Of a DNA stretch of 64,000 nt, positions 1 through 10,758 are shown in pieces. This DNA is from a bacterium (GTDB lineage Bacteria; SZUA-79; Acidulodesulfobacterales; Acidulodesulfobacteraceae): contig JAKAQP010000002.1 in assembly GCA_021822485.1 (NCBI GenBank), positions 10,120 through 74,119 on the forward strand. Direction: 5' to 3'. The position numbers and the translations under genes are program-made. The notes under the pieces are model-generated. The model saw nothing but the letters and a program-made list of their open reading frames with translations. It made no database searches and was not told the origin of the DNA. The number at the start of each line of letters is the position of its first letter. Position 1 is the stretch's first letter.

Positions 1-2
1 GA

Positions 3-215
3 TTTAAAAATTCGGGAGATTTAATTTTGTTCGGCGAATACGACGGTAAAAATATAATAAATTTTGAAAATCAGATGGGAGCCCACGGCGGAATAGGCGG
101 CGAACAAAACAAACCTTTTGCGGTCTGGAATAAATCTCTGCGGTTTAACTTCTCGGACGTAAATAATTCTTGTAAAATTCATGATTTTTTATATAATGAA
201 TATATAAAGCAATAA
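3..215 (+). CDS. 3' end of a gene truncated by the window edge; alkaline-phosphatase-superfamily-like C-terminus
   Basis: Frame 3 is open from the first bases to the stop at 213-215. The tail contains GAHGGIGGEQNKPF, which resembles the HGG metal-site motif near the C-terminus of AlkP/phosphodiesterase-family proteins (recognised from memory only). Confidence 0.35.
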   Translation, partial: FKNSGDLILFGEYDGKNIINFENQMGAHGGIGGEQNKPFAVWNKSLRFNFSDVNNSCKIHDFLYNEYIKQ

Positions 216-252
216 AAAATATAAAAATATAGATTATATATAAATATTAAAT

Positions 253-1338
253 ATGTCAGAATTAAGGCAGGATCCTACCACAAGAGAATGGGTCATAATA
301 GCTACCGAAAGAAGAAGAAGGCCTAACGAATTCGGCGGGGACTCCGCACATAAAAAAGATACGCTCGAAAAGCTCGGCGAATATTCGGCAGATTGCCCTT
401 TTTGTTCGGGAAACGAACACTTCTCGCCCCATGAAGTAGATGCTTTCAGGACTTATGGCACTCCGACAAATTCTAAAGGCTGGTGGATAAGAGTAATTCC
501 TAATAAATTTGCCGCTCTTTCTCTTAATTCTGAAGAAAATTTAAACGCTTATGAAGGGATGAAATCCGTAAATACCGATTTTACGGGATATTTTTTTCCC
601 AGGGCAACGGAAGTTTTCAGGACTAAACCCGGAATAGGTACGCACGAAGTAGTAATAGATACGCCTAAACATAACGAAACGATACCTTTTTTTTCGGACA
701 AGCAGGTGCAGGAGCTTTTTTTGATGTACAGGCAGAGGTATTTGAGCCTGCGCAACAATTCCAAATTTAAATATATCATAATTTTTAAAAACAGCGGCGC
801 TAACGCCGGAACTTCTATCATACATTCCCATTCGCAGATCATTGCCGCGCCCGTAATACCGCTGAGCCTTAGAAATAATATTTCGCAGGCCAGATTTTAT
901 TACGACGAAGTTGGAAGATGTATTTTTTGCGATATGATACAGGCTGAAATAGTGGACGGCAGAAGGATAATAATGCAGACCGACGATTTCATAGTTTTTC
1001 ATCCGTTTGCTTCGACGAGCCCTTTTGAAACATGGATAATGCCGCTGTCGCACGAGCCCTGTTTTTCAAATATTTCTATGGATAAGGTTAAGGCTCTCGG
1101 CATAATAGTCAAAAAGATTCTTAAAGGTATGTATGATGCGCTCGACAATCCGGATTATAATTTCGTATTTAATAATCCGCCGATAGCAGACGAAAAAGAA
1201 GACTATTACCACTGGAGTTTAAGAATCATTCCAAGACTGACTATGAAAGCCGGTTTCGAGATAGGAACCGGAATGTCCATTAATACAGCTATTCCCGAAG
1301 AAACCGCCGAATTTATGAGAGGTTTTTTAAAATTTTAA
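253..1338 (+). CDS. galT: galactose-1-phosphate uridylyltransferase family (GalT, HIT-superfamily nucleotidyltransferase)
   Basis: 361 aa. CPFCSGNE zinc-site motif and HSHSQIIA (H-x-H-x-Q) active-site motif; second half-domain contains CIFCD. Confidence 0.85.
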   Translation: MSELRQDPTTREWVIIATERRRRPNEFGGDSAHKKDTLEKLGEYSADCPFCSGNEHFSPHEVDAFRTYGTPTNSKGWWIRVIPNKFAALSLNSEENLNAYEGMKSVNTDFTGYFFPRATEVFRTKPGIGTHEVVIDTPKHNETIPFFSDKQVQELFLMYRQRYLSLRNNSKFKYIIIFKNSGANAGTSIIHSHSQIIAAPVIPLSLRNNISQARFYYDEVGRCIFCDMIQAEIVDGRRIIMQTDDFIVFHPFASTSPFETWIMPLSHEPCFSNISMDKVKALGIIVKKILKGMYDALDNPDYNFVFNNPPIADEKEDYYHWSLRIIPRLTMKAGFEIGTGMSINTAIPEETAEFMRGFLKF

Positions 1339-1418
1339 AAAAATATAATTCAATAATTTTTGATTTAGACGGGACGCTTATAGATTCGTTTGAAGCTATA
1401 AACGATGCCTTCGACGCC

Positions 1419-1967
1419 GTGTTTTCTAAATTCCAAAGCAGACAGATAACGCCCGAAGAATCCAGTTCTTACGTAGGCGTTCCGCTTGAAGGCCTGCTCG
1501 GCAAACTTTTCGGAAAAGAGAATGAAGAAGAAGCTATAGCCGTTTTTAGAAAAAAATACACGGAAGTCTGTTTCGATAAAACAACGTTAATAAAAGGCGC
1601 AAAAGAACTTCTTTTAAAATTAAAAAGCGAAAATAAAATTCTTAGCGTAGCGACTAATAAAACCGGTTCTATATCGCGTGAACTTTTAAAGCATCTGCAG
1701 ATCATAGATCTTTTTGATTGCGTTTACGGTGTATTCGACGGTTTAGAAGGCAAGCCGTCGCCGGAAATGATAAACAAAATCGTCGATATGACCGCTATTC
1801 CAAAAGAGTATACAATATTAATCGGCGATTCCCCGATAGACATAATGGCCGCAAAAAATGCCGGCATTCATATATGCGCCGTTGCTTCGGGGAATCACGA
1901 ATACGACGAACTAAAAGGATACAATCCAGATTATTTATATAAAGAAATTTCGCAAATTTTACCGTAA
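1419..1967 (+). CDS. HAD-superfamily phosphatase (phosphoglycolate-phosphatase-like); functional N-terminus must lie upstream of this first canonical start
   Basis: The ORF from GTG 1419 carries the later HAD motifs (SVATNK; GDSPIDIMAAKNAG). The same frame is open from 1284 and encodes IIFDLDGTLIDS (HAD motif I) at 1353-1388, but has no ATG/GTG/TTG before 1419. Confidence 0.8.
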   Translation: MFSKFQSRQITPEESSSYVGVPLEGLLGKLFGKENEEEAIAVFRKKYTEVCFDKTTLIKGAKELLLKLKSENKILSVATNKTGSISRELLKHLQIIDLFDCVYGVFDGLEGKPSPEMINKIVDMTAIPKEYTILIGDSPIDIMAAKNAGIHICAVASGNHEYDELKGYNPDYLYKEISQILP

Positions 1968-1982
1968 TACTGGCATCATTTT

Positions 1983-2867
1983 ATGATTAAAATAGGTGAG
2001 ATAAATTATCTTAACGTATATCCTATCTACTATTATTTAAAAAAATTACTTAACGATGAAAATAGAAGTAATTTTGCGGATTTCATTTCCGGAACGCCGG
2101 CTTTTTTGAACCGCAAATTACAATACGGCGGCATAGACATAAGCCCTTCATCTTCATTTTATTATATTTCCAATTACTATAATTCTTATATATTCCCCAA
2201 CCTTTCGATAAGTTCTAAGAAAAAAGTAAAAAGCATATATCTTTTTTCAAATAAACCCATAGAGAATTTCGATAAGAACGAAACGGTGTATGTTACCCCC
2301 GAAACTCTTACCTCCGTAAATTTATTGAAAGTTTTATTGGCCGAATTTTATAAGATGGATTTAAATGAAATGGAATTTTTAAGATTGAAACAAAACGACA
2401 ATTTAGAACTCGAAATAGATTCGGATTATTATAAAAAAATAGCTGAAGGAAGCAATTTCCTGCATATAGGCAATAATGCTTTAAAATTAGTAAAAAATAT
2501 TCCTGACGGCTATTATACATACGACTTAGCGGATTTATGGTACAGGCATACCTCGTTTCCGTTTGTTTTTGCTCTTTTTATAATAAGCAAAGAATCTTAC
2601 GACGGCAATAAAAATGAATTTTCCGTTTTATACGATTATTTGATTAAATCAAAAAGAAAGGCACTATCCGGTTTTGAAGAGGCAGCCGAATCGGTAATAA
2701 AATCCGGCGATTATAATTTCATATCTTTTGAAGAGCTAATGGAATACTGGACGGACTGCCTGAGTTTTAATTTAGGACCCGATGAAATAAGGGGTTTTAA
2801 TATTTATACCGAATTACTATACAAATACAAGCTTATAAAATCTATTCCTGAGTTAAATTTTGTTTAA
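1983..2867 (+). CDS. mqnA: MqnA-like protein (chorismate dehydratase family, futalosine route to menaquinone)
   Basis: 294 aa. The N-terminal IGEINYLNVYPIYY matches the typical start of MqnA/MqnD-type proteins. Family call is from memory. Confidence 0.55.
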   Translation: MIKIGEINYLNVYPIYYYLKKLLNDENRSNFADFISGTPAFLNRKLQYGGIDISPSSSFYYISNYYNSYIFPNLSISSKKKVKSIYLFSNKPIENFDKNETVYVTPETLTSVNLLKVLLAEFYKMDLNEMEFLRLKQNDNLELEIDSDYYKKIAEGSNFLHIGNNALKLVKNIPDGYYTYDLADLWYRHTSFPFVFALFIISKESYDGNKNEFSVLYDYLIKSKRKALSGFEEAAESVIKSGDYNFISFEELMEYWTDCLSFNLGPDEIRGFNIYTELLYKYKLIKSIPELNFV

Positions 2868-4107
2868 CCGTTTTAACCGGTATAATGAAAGAAAATTCAA
2901 ATCCGTTTCCCATACTGCTTTTAATGACTGCACTGCCTCTTAAGAATTTCAGCGTATGTTTGACGATAGCCAGGCCGAGACCTGAACCTTTTGCCGAATT
3001 TTTATGCGAGCCATCTATCCTGAAAAATCTTTCGCCTAGCCTTAAAAGATTAGTATAATTTACGCCGACACCGTTGTCGCTTATAGAAAAGAAAAGAAAT
3101 TGAGAGTCGGCTTCGTTAAGGGAATAAAAATTCCATAAAACCGATGTTTCTTCCGATTCTGAAAGAAAATTCATTGCGGCGTATCTGTCGCCAGTGTATC
3201 CTTCTATTGACGCTATACCGTTTTTATTGCCGTATTTCACTGCGTTCTGAATAAGGTTGTTTATTATAAGGCTAATTTTACCCGGGTCGGAAATAAATAT
3301 ATCGTTTTTTGCTTTATTTATAACGGATAAATTTTTTTCTTTTATTTCACGTTCAAATAAAATTAAAGAATTTTCTATATTGACTTTAATATCTATATTT
3401 TCTAATTTAACCGGAAACCTTTCCGTTTCGATATTGGAAAGTGTAATAAGGTCGTCAATCAAAAACTGAAGCCGTTTTGCGTGCTGTTCTATTATATTCA
3501 CGAATTTCATCCTGACGGAAGGGTTGTCTATAGCTCCGTTTTTTAAAGTTTCGGCGAAACCTGTTATAGCCGTTACGGGCGTTTGTAATTCATGAGAAAC
3601 GTTCTGAATAAAAGACGATCTAATATCTTCTATTTTCTGTATGTCGGTTATATCTTTTACTATTACCGCATATTTATCCTTATTATTTATCTTAAAGATT
3701 ACGCAATCGGCAGTTTTTTTTTCGGCCCTGTCGTAATAAGAAATTTTTTTTTCGGCGATTTTAAAAAAACTATTTTTAACCGCTTCGTCTATTAATGAAT
3801 TAAGTTCTATATTTCGAGTTAAAAAATCGAATTGATTATTAATATTTTTACCGTCTGTTTTTGCCGATCTTATGTTCCTACCGAAAGATTCGTTTACGAA
3901 TAAGATTTCTTTTTCTTTGTTTATAACGGCAACCCCTTCTGCAATATTGCTTAATATGGTTTTATAAATTTCAATTTCGCGCGTATATTCCCTTAATTTA
4001 TTTTTAGCAAATAAAGATTGTATATTTTTAAATAAAAAAATATATAAAAAAAATAAAAATAATGATAATATTAAAATATAAAATATAGATACTATATTGT
4101 AATGCAT
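2842..4107 (-). CDS. membrane sensor histidine kinase (PhoR-like, PAS + HisKA + HATPase_c)
   Basis: 421 aa. N-terminal TM helix, H-box SHELQTPVTAITGF, N box LIQNAVKYG, G box GSGLGLAIVKH. Its 3' end overlaps the mqnA-like gene convergently by 26 bp. Confidence 0.9.
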   Translation of the reverse strand: MHYNIVSIFYILILSLFLFFLYIFLFKNIQSLFAKNKLREYTREIEIYKTILSNIAEGVAVINKEKEILFVNESFGRNIRSAKTDGKNINNQFDFLTRNIELNSLIDEAVKNSFFKIAEKKISYYDRAEKKTADCVIFKINNKDKYAVIVKDITDIQKIEDIRSSFIQNVSHELQTPVTAITGFAETLKNGAIDNPSVRMKFVNIIEQHAKRLQFLIDDLITLSNIETERFPVKLENIDIKVNIENSLILFEREIKEKNLSVINKAKNDIFISDPGKISLIINNLIQNAVKYGNKNGIASIEGYTGDRYAAMNFLSESEETSVLWNFYSLNEADSQFLFFSISDNGVGVNYTNLLRLGERFFRIDGSHKNSAKGSGLGLAIVKHTLKFLRGSAVIKSSMGNGFEFSFIIPVKTVKQNLTQE

Positions 4108-4151
4108 AATAAGATTTTATAATAAATTTTTAATAATTTCTATTAAAAATA

Positions 4152-4790
4152 ATGAAATATAAAATAAAAATTACTTGGCTATCGATTTTTTTTGCATTTT
4201 TTTTGACTTCGGTTTTTGCTTGTGTTTCAAGCGGATTTCAGGTTGATTCTATAGCCGCCTCGGTTGACAATACTCCTATAACGCTTAATGATTTATACTT
4301 TTTATATAATTTTAATATGGTAAATAATTTAAAATATGTTAAAATTAACGAAACGTTACCTGAAGCGGAATTAAAGCGTTTGTCCAATATATATATAAAC
4401 AGGATTATTATTCTTAAGCAGCAGGAAAAAGCCGGAGGCGTAACTATAAACAGTCGTATTATAAACAGTCGTACTTTAAAAATTACAGCTCAAAATTTTA
4501 AAAAAAAGTTTGCGTCTCTTCATAAGCATATAAGTTTTTCGGTATTTTTAAGCAAGTTTGGTTTTGATAAAAACGATTTTTATAATTTTTTAAAAAAATT
4601 AGTTATAGAAAAAAAATTTATAAAATACAGGCTGCAATTCTTTTTATTTACTATCGAAAACGGAAGAGGAGCTTCAAAAAGACAAAAGCAAAAATATGCG
4701 GCTGAATTGACGGAGAAACTTAAAAATATGATTATAAATCTTAGAACGCACGCAAAAATTAAAATTAACGATAATTTTACAGGTTCATAA
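4152..4790 (+). CDS. hypothetical lipoprotein, SurA-N-terminal-like
   Basis: 212 aa. Signal peptide ending in the lipobox-like SVFAC; the rest is Lys-rich and helical. No catalytic motif seen. Confidence 0.35.
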   Translation: MKYKIKITWLSIFFAFFLTSVFACVSSGFQVDSIAASVDNTPITLNDLYFLYNFNMVNNLKYVKINETLPEAELKRLSNIYINRIIILKQQEKAGGVTINSRIINSRTLKITAQNFKKKFASLHKHISFSVFLSKFGFDKNDFYNFLKKLVIEKKFIKYRLQFFLFTIENGRGASKRQKQKYAAELTEKLKNMIINLRTHAKIKINDNFTGS

Positions 4791-4809
4791 TAAAAATAAT
4801 AAAAACTTT

Positions 4810-5193
4810 ATGTTCGATTTAAAAATAACGTCGGGTTTTTCATCTGCGCATGCTTTAAGAGGCTATCAGGGAAAATGCGAAAACGTTCACGGGCACAACT
4901 GGAAGGTTGAAGCCGTCGTTTCTGCATCTAAGTTAAACGAAATAGGAATAGCGATAGATTTTAAACTGCTGAAAAATTATCTTAACGAAGTATTGGAAAC
5001 GCTTGACCATAAGTTTATTAACGAGACCGATTTTTTTTTAAGCGTAAACCCTTCTGCTGAAAATTTAGCTATGTTTATATATAACGAATTTAAAAAAAAA
5101 ATTAAATACATGAAACATAACGGCATAGCCGTAAAAAGCATAAACGTGTATGAAACGGATACGTCTATGGCGTCTTATTACAAAATTGATTGA
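4810..5193 (+). CDS. queD: 6-carboxy-5,6,7,8-tetrahydropterin synthase (QueD, PTPS T-fold family)
   Basis: 127 aa. FSSAHALRGYQGKCENVHGHNWKVE carries the His/Cys/His-x-His zinc and catalytic signature of QueD. Confidence 0.85.
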   Translation: MFDLKITSGFSSAHALRGYQGKCENVHGHNWKVEAVVSASKLNEIGIAIDFKLLKNYLNEVLETLDHKFINETDFFLSVNPSAENLAMFIYNEFKKKIKYMKHNGIAVKSINVYETDTSMASYYKID

Positions 5194-5259
5194 CTTAAAA
5201 TTTTTAATAATGTATTAAATATATAATATATCAATTTAATTTTAAAAAAATATAATGTC

Positions 5260-6348
5260 GTGAATAAAAAAATAGCATATTATTTTGCCGTAACTTTTTT
5301 TATAATATCGTTGTTTGCCGTTTTTTTTATATATAAAAGCATTACTGCAAAAGAAAATAAAATAAGTTTCTCAATAAACAAAAGAATCGCCGTGTTAAAA
5401 AGTATTCAAATCAAGATAGACGAAAGCATAAAAGGAATACAAAAAACGGACATTCCTATTTTACGCTATGGATACTCTTTCAATAAAAACGAAAAATATT
5501 TCATTTCGGAAATTATAAGCGCCGGAAGAAAATATCGAATAAAATTGGACGCTGTTAAATTTATAAGGGTAAATAAAAAAAATAACGCCGCAGATTTTTA
5601 TTTTAGAGTGGCCGGTTTGGGACATCCCGACAATATATATTCATTTGTTAAAGATTTAGAGTATAATTATAAAATAAATTTTAAAAAATTCTATATCGGT
5701 AAAAATATTAATAAAAACAATTCGGTAAATTTTTCTTCAATCTTGGCTACATATGTTATAAGCAAACAAGAGACGTTAAAAAGCATTTTAAAATCGAAGC
5801 GCGAGATAGAAATGCCGAAAGATTTCGGAACTATAAATCCGTTTTTATACATCGTTAAGAAAAAGAAAAAAACCGTCGCAAAGCCAAAAGTAATGTCTGC
5901 AAATTATAAAAAAATAAAGAAAAAATCAAGTATATCCGAAAGAATATATAAGAAATTAGCAAAAAAAACCACCTTCGTTAAAGAGTCGAGCATTCAAGAA
6001 TCAAATTTTTACAATAAAAAAGGAGTCCTGTCGTTTTCGCAAAACGACTTTAACACCGCATTGATTATGTTTAAAAAAGCAGTAGAATTTAATCCCGACA
6101 ATTACAGGGCATTATCTAATGCCGCCTTGGACGAATACGAAATTAAAAATTATAAAGAATCTATTCATTATGCCAAAAAAGCGCTTCAGTACAAAAAATT
6201 ATGGCAGATAAATTTTATCTTGGGACTGTCATATATGCGTTTAAAAATGTTTTCCAATGCTGAATACAGCTTTAGAAAAGCATTAGAGTTGAATCCTTCA
6301 GACATAAAAATTAAATATTATTTAAATATTTCAAAAAAAATACGATAA
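5260..6348 (+). CDS. membrane-anchored TPR-repeat protein, function unknown
   Basis: 362 aa with a GTG start. One N-terminal TM helix, a Lys-rich linker, and C-terminal TPR-like repeats (FNPDNYRALSNAA..., LNPSDIKIKYYL). Confidence 0.5.
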   Translation: MNKKIAYYFAVTFFIISLFAVFFIYKSITAKENKISFSINKRIAVLKSIQIKIDESIKGIQKTDIPILRYGYSFNKNEKYFISEIISAGRKYRIKLDAVKFIRVNKKNNAADFYFRVAGLGHPDNIYSFVKDLEYNYKINFKKFYIGKNINKNNSVNFSSILATYVISKQETLKSILKSKREIEMPKDFGTINPFLYIVKKKKKTVAKPKVMSANYKKIKKKSSISERIYKKLAKKTTFVKESSIQESNFYNKKGVLSFSQNDFNTALIMFKKAVEFNPDNYRALSNAALDEYEIKNYKESIHYAKKALQYKKLWQINFILGLSYMRLKMFSNAEYSFRKALELNPSDIKIKYYLNISKKIR

Positions 6349-6353
6349 TAAAT

Positions 6354-7490
6354 ATGAAACATTATTCTTTTATTAAGGGGAATCCGATTATGAATTTTAA
6401 TGCAAAAAAAATAACTTTTTACGCCGTTATTTTCTCTTTACTGCTTTTTTGCTTAATTTCTATGTTTTCCGTTAACGGTTATGCATTTACTACTATAACC
6501 ATTCTTCCCGGAAAGCTTAATAATTTCAGGATAAACGTGCCGCACAGCGTCCAGGCCGGCAGCAAATTTGATGTCAGATTGGTTGCTTTAGACGATTACG
6601 GCAACGTAATTACAGATTTTGCCAAGAAATACGAGGGATTGAACATTACCGTCAATATCGGAGGCCAAAACAATCAAGAACAGTTAAATATTCCAGCTTC
6701 AGAGTTTAAGAAAGGCATAGTAAACTTTGACGTTTCTTATAAAAAAGCCGGCAGGATAGAAGTTTCAAGCTCATTTGAAGGTGTAGAAGACGAGAGTACG
6801 CCTATTCATATTTATGCAGGACCGTTCCATAATTTAAAAATATCGGTTCCAAAAAACGTTATAGCCGGCATTCCGTTTAAAGTAAAAATATATGCGGCCG
6901 ACCAATACGGAAACCCCGTAAAATTAATGCCAAAATCAAACGGCAATATAAAGGTTTATTTAACAGGAGATAACTTTAGCGTAAGACCAAAAATAATACC
7001 TGCCAATTATATCAGTGACGGTTCCGGTAAATTTAATTTTATTTCGGACAGGGCGGGGATAGGGCAGTTAAACTTTGCCATTAATTACGGCGGCAGGTCC
7101 CATATTTTTATAAGTAAAAATATAAACATAAGACCTTCTTATTTTAAAAAGTTTCTTATTTCTACAAACATTGCTCAAATTCCGGCAGGAAGACCTTTTA
7201 TAATTAAAATAGTGGCGGTCGATAAATTCGGCAACGTAATAACAAATGCCGACCGCATAAGCGGTAAAGTTAAATTGTCCTTAGTCTCTTCCGGCGGAAT
7301 AGAAAGGAGCAGCGTATTCAACTTTAAAGCTTTTAATAAAGGTATCGCTTTAGTAAAAACCGTATTTAACAAGGTTGGAACATTCTCTATTTATGCTAAA
7401 CCGGAAGGTATAAATTTTAAACAGCTTAAGTCGGGAGTGCCGAAGGTAAACCGCAGAATACGGGCAAAAAGCCTGTTGCTGTACAAATAA
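6354..7490 (+). CDS. secreted protein with three Ig-like (Big/invasin-type) repeats
   Basis: 378 aa. The likely true start is ATG 6390 (GGGGA 6 nt upstream; signal peptide MNFNAKKITFYAVIFSLLLFCLISMFSVNGYA). There are three roughly 100-aa modules, each with the pattern xAGxxFxVxxxAxDxYGNxV. Confidence 0.5.
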   Translation: MKHYSFIKGNPIMNFNAKKITFYAVIFSLLLFCLISMFSVNGYAFTTITILPGKLNNFRINVPHSVQAGSKFDVRLVALDDYGNVITDFAKKYEGLNITVNIGGQNNQEQLNIPASEFKKGIVNFDVSYKKAGRIEVSSSFEGVEDESTPIHIYAGPFHNLKISVPKNVIAGIPFKVKIYAADQYGNPVKLMPKSNGNIKVYLTGDNFSVRPKIIPANYISDGSGKFNFISDRAGIGQLNFAINYGGRSHIFISKNINIRPSYFKKFLISTNIAQIPAGRPFIIKIVAVDKFGNVITNADRISGKVKLSLVSSGGIERSSVFNFKAFNKGIALVKTVFNKVGTFSIYAKPEGINFKQLKSGVPKVNRRIRAKSLLLYK

Positions 7491-7560
7491 AAGAAAAAAC
7501 TATTTAAAAAAAACTGAAAAAATAATACAATAAAAGAATGTCCAATAATATTTTAATTAA

Positions 7561-7635
7561 GGCGGCATAGCCAAGCGGTAAGGCAGAGGTCTGCAAAACC
7601 TTTATACCTCGGTTCAATTCCGAGTGCCGCCTCCA
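7561..7635 (+). tRNA. tRNA-Cys (GCA)
   Basis: Cloverleaf read by hand: acceptor GGCGGCA/UGCCGCC, anticodon stem GAGGU/ACCUU with loop CUGCAAA, T-arm CUCGG-UUCAAUU-CCGAG, encoded CCA. Confidence 0.9.
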
Positions 7636-7669
7636 TGACAGCATAAAACGATAACCTATCGATAAAAAT

Positions 7670-8515
7670 ATGTATCAAATAATCGGTAAGAAAAATCTTG
7701 GCGAAGGGATAAATTTATACAATATATCGGCTCCGGATATTGCGTTAAAAGCGTTACCCGGCCAATTTATCATATTGAGGGTAAATAAAAACGGCGAAAG
7801 AATTCCTATTACTATCGCAAGTTCAGACAAAAACGACAAAACTATTACTATACTTGTGCAGACGCTTGGAAAAACTACGCACCTGCTCAGCGAATTAAAC
7901 GTCGGGGAAAGTTTAGTTGATTTAGTAGGGCCTCTCGGTGTTCCTACCGAAATAAAAAAATTTGGAACCGTAGTCTGCATCGGAGGCGGTTTCGGAACTG
8001 CGGCAATATATCCTATAGCTAAGGCTATGATAGCGGAAGGGAATCACGTCATATCTATAATCGGAGCCAGAAGCAAAGAGCTTCTTTTGATGGAAGACGA
8101 GATGAAAACGGCGAGCAGCGAAGTTCTTGCCGCTACAAACGACGGAAGCTACGGTACTAAAGGCATCGTCACAGATGTTTTAAGAAGCCTTATTTATGAT
8201 AAAAAAATACAGATAGACAGGGTTATCGCCATTGGTCCGGTAATTATGATGAAAGCCGTAAGCGACCTAACCAAAGAAAAATCCATAAAAACAATCGTAA
8301 GTTTAAATCCAATTATGATAGACGGAACGGGAATGTGCGGCGCATGCAGGGTTTTGGTTGGCAATAAAACAAAATTTGCTTGCGTAGACGGTCCCGACTT
8401 CGACGGGCATTTAGTGGATTTCGACAACCTTATGAATAGGCTTAAATTTTATAAGGAAGAAGAAAAAACTTCGTATGATTGCCATATGAAAGCACACCAT
8501 AATTTAACTGCTTAA
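7670..8515 (+). CDS. nfnA: NfnA-type subunit (PyrK/sulfide-dehydrogenase-like FAD/NAD(P)-binding protein with a C-terminal 2Fe-2S site)
   Basis: 281 aa. Ferredoxin-reductase-type fold motifs (RIPITIAS, GGGFGTAAIYP) and a C-terminal Cys cluster GMCGACRV...C. It lies immediately upstream of the GltD-like partner. Confidence 0.75.
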   Translation: MYQIIGKKNLGEGINLYNISAPDIALKALPGQFIILRVNKNGERIPITIASSDKNDKTITILVQTLGKTTHLLSELNVGESLVDLVGPLGVPTEIKKFGTVVCIGGGFGTAAIYPIAKAMIAEGNHVISIIGARSKELLLMEDEMKTASSEVLAATNDGSYGTKGIVTDVLRSLIYDKKIQIDRVIAIGPVIMMKAVSDLTKEKSIKTIVSLNPIMIDGTGMCGACRVLVGNKTKFACVDGPDFDGHLVDFDNLMNRLKFYKEEEKTSYDCHMKAHHNLTA

Positions 8516-8552
8516 TTTTATAAGTATAGAGAGTATAGCAGACAACTTATAA

Positions 8553-9974
<1,422 letters not shown>

Positions 9975-9977
9975 TAT

Positions 9978-10006
9978 TTGACAAATATTGCGATTTGTGA
10001 GATATT
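9978..10006 (+). promoter_or_regulatory. candidate sigma70-type promoter for tRNA-Leu
   Basis: TTGACA (9978-9983), 17-nt spacer, GATATT (10001-10006) preceded by TG-n (extended -10). An alternative TATAAT at 10008-10013 makes the exact -10 ambiguous. Confidence 0.35.
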
Positions 10007-10050
10007 ATATAATGCATTTTTTTGAAGCGCATCTTCTCAATTAAATAATT

Positions 10051-10138
10051 GCCGGGGTGGCGGAAGTGGTAGACGCAAGGGACTTAAAATCCCTCGGAAC
10101 TTTGTTCCGTGCCGGTTCGATTCCGGCCCTCGGCACCA
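10051..10138 (+). tRNA. tRNA-Leu (UAA), long variable arm
   Basis: Acceptor GCCGGGG/CCUCGGC (one G:U), anticodon stem AGGGA/UCCCU with loop CUUAAAA, long variable arm, T-arm, encoded CCA. Confidence 0.9.
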
Positions 10139-10221
10139 TAAAGATATTTATCTGATTTTTACGTTTTTAAACCTTTTTAATGTCTTTTCATATAAAAATT
10201 AAACCGCAAGCTTAAAAAATA

Positions 10222-10250
10222 TTTGTATATGAATAAGTTTTATGATAATA
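10222..10250 (+). promoter_or_regulatory. candidate sigma70-type promoter for tRNA-Phe
   Basis: TTGTAT (10222-10227), 17-nt spacer ending in TG-A, TAATAT (10245-10250). The tRNA starts 24 nt downstream. Confidence 0.4.
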
Positions 10251-10273
10251 TAATAAAACTTATCATATTTAAT

Positions 10274-10349
<76 letters not shown>

Positions 10350-10365
10350 CTTTAAACCGCAGTAT

Positions 10366-10758
10366 TTAAGCCTCTCCAAAGATTTTCCTCTTGACTTTAA
10401 GATGAACCCTGTTAATTTTCCTATTAATAAATCCATCGTTAAGAACCATTAACGTGATGATTCTGCCATATCCACTGCCTGTTTTGTCCTGTTTTAAGGC
10501 AATTCTAAATTCGGCTTCCGTTTCAGACGTTTTGGACAGTATCGCAAATCCAATGAGTTCGTCTGAATGTTCGGCGGCGTAACACTTGGTATTGGATTTC
10601 CCAAAGTACTCCGAAAGCCAGCCTCGTTTTCTTAAGGCGTAATCAAGTTCATTAAAGCATGACTGATAAGAAGGCCAGTCTGATATTGCCAATATATCGT
10701 CGGACAAAAGTTTTCTAAGGATAATATCTGGATTAGACTTAGACGGCATACGCTTCAA
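10366..10758 (-). CDS. GNAT-family N-acetyltransferase
   Basis: 130 aa. Motif A-like QDKTGSGYGRIIT. Overlaps the upstream methyltransferase gene by 20 bp (translationally coupled pair). Confidence 0.65.
   Translation of the reverse strand: MKRMPSKSNPDIILRKLLSDDILAISDWPSYQSCFNELDYALRKRGWLSEYFGKSNTKCYAAEHSDELIGFAILSKTSETEAEFRIALKQDKTGSGYGRIITLMVLNDGFINRKINRVHLKVKRKIFGEA

Noticed and set aside
541-1053. Long antisense ORFs inside well-supported genes (for example 541-1053 -, 8553-9092 -, 16524-16982 -, 17190-17684 -, 29313-29786 -, 35163-35657 -, 48035-48394 +, 62640-63020 -).
   Set aside because: Each lies entirely opposite or out of frame to a gene with clear family motifs. Their translations are low-complexity (Phe/Ile/Lys/Ser-rich), as expected for shadow frames in AT-rich DNA, and they have no SD or motifs.
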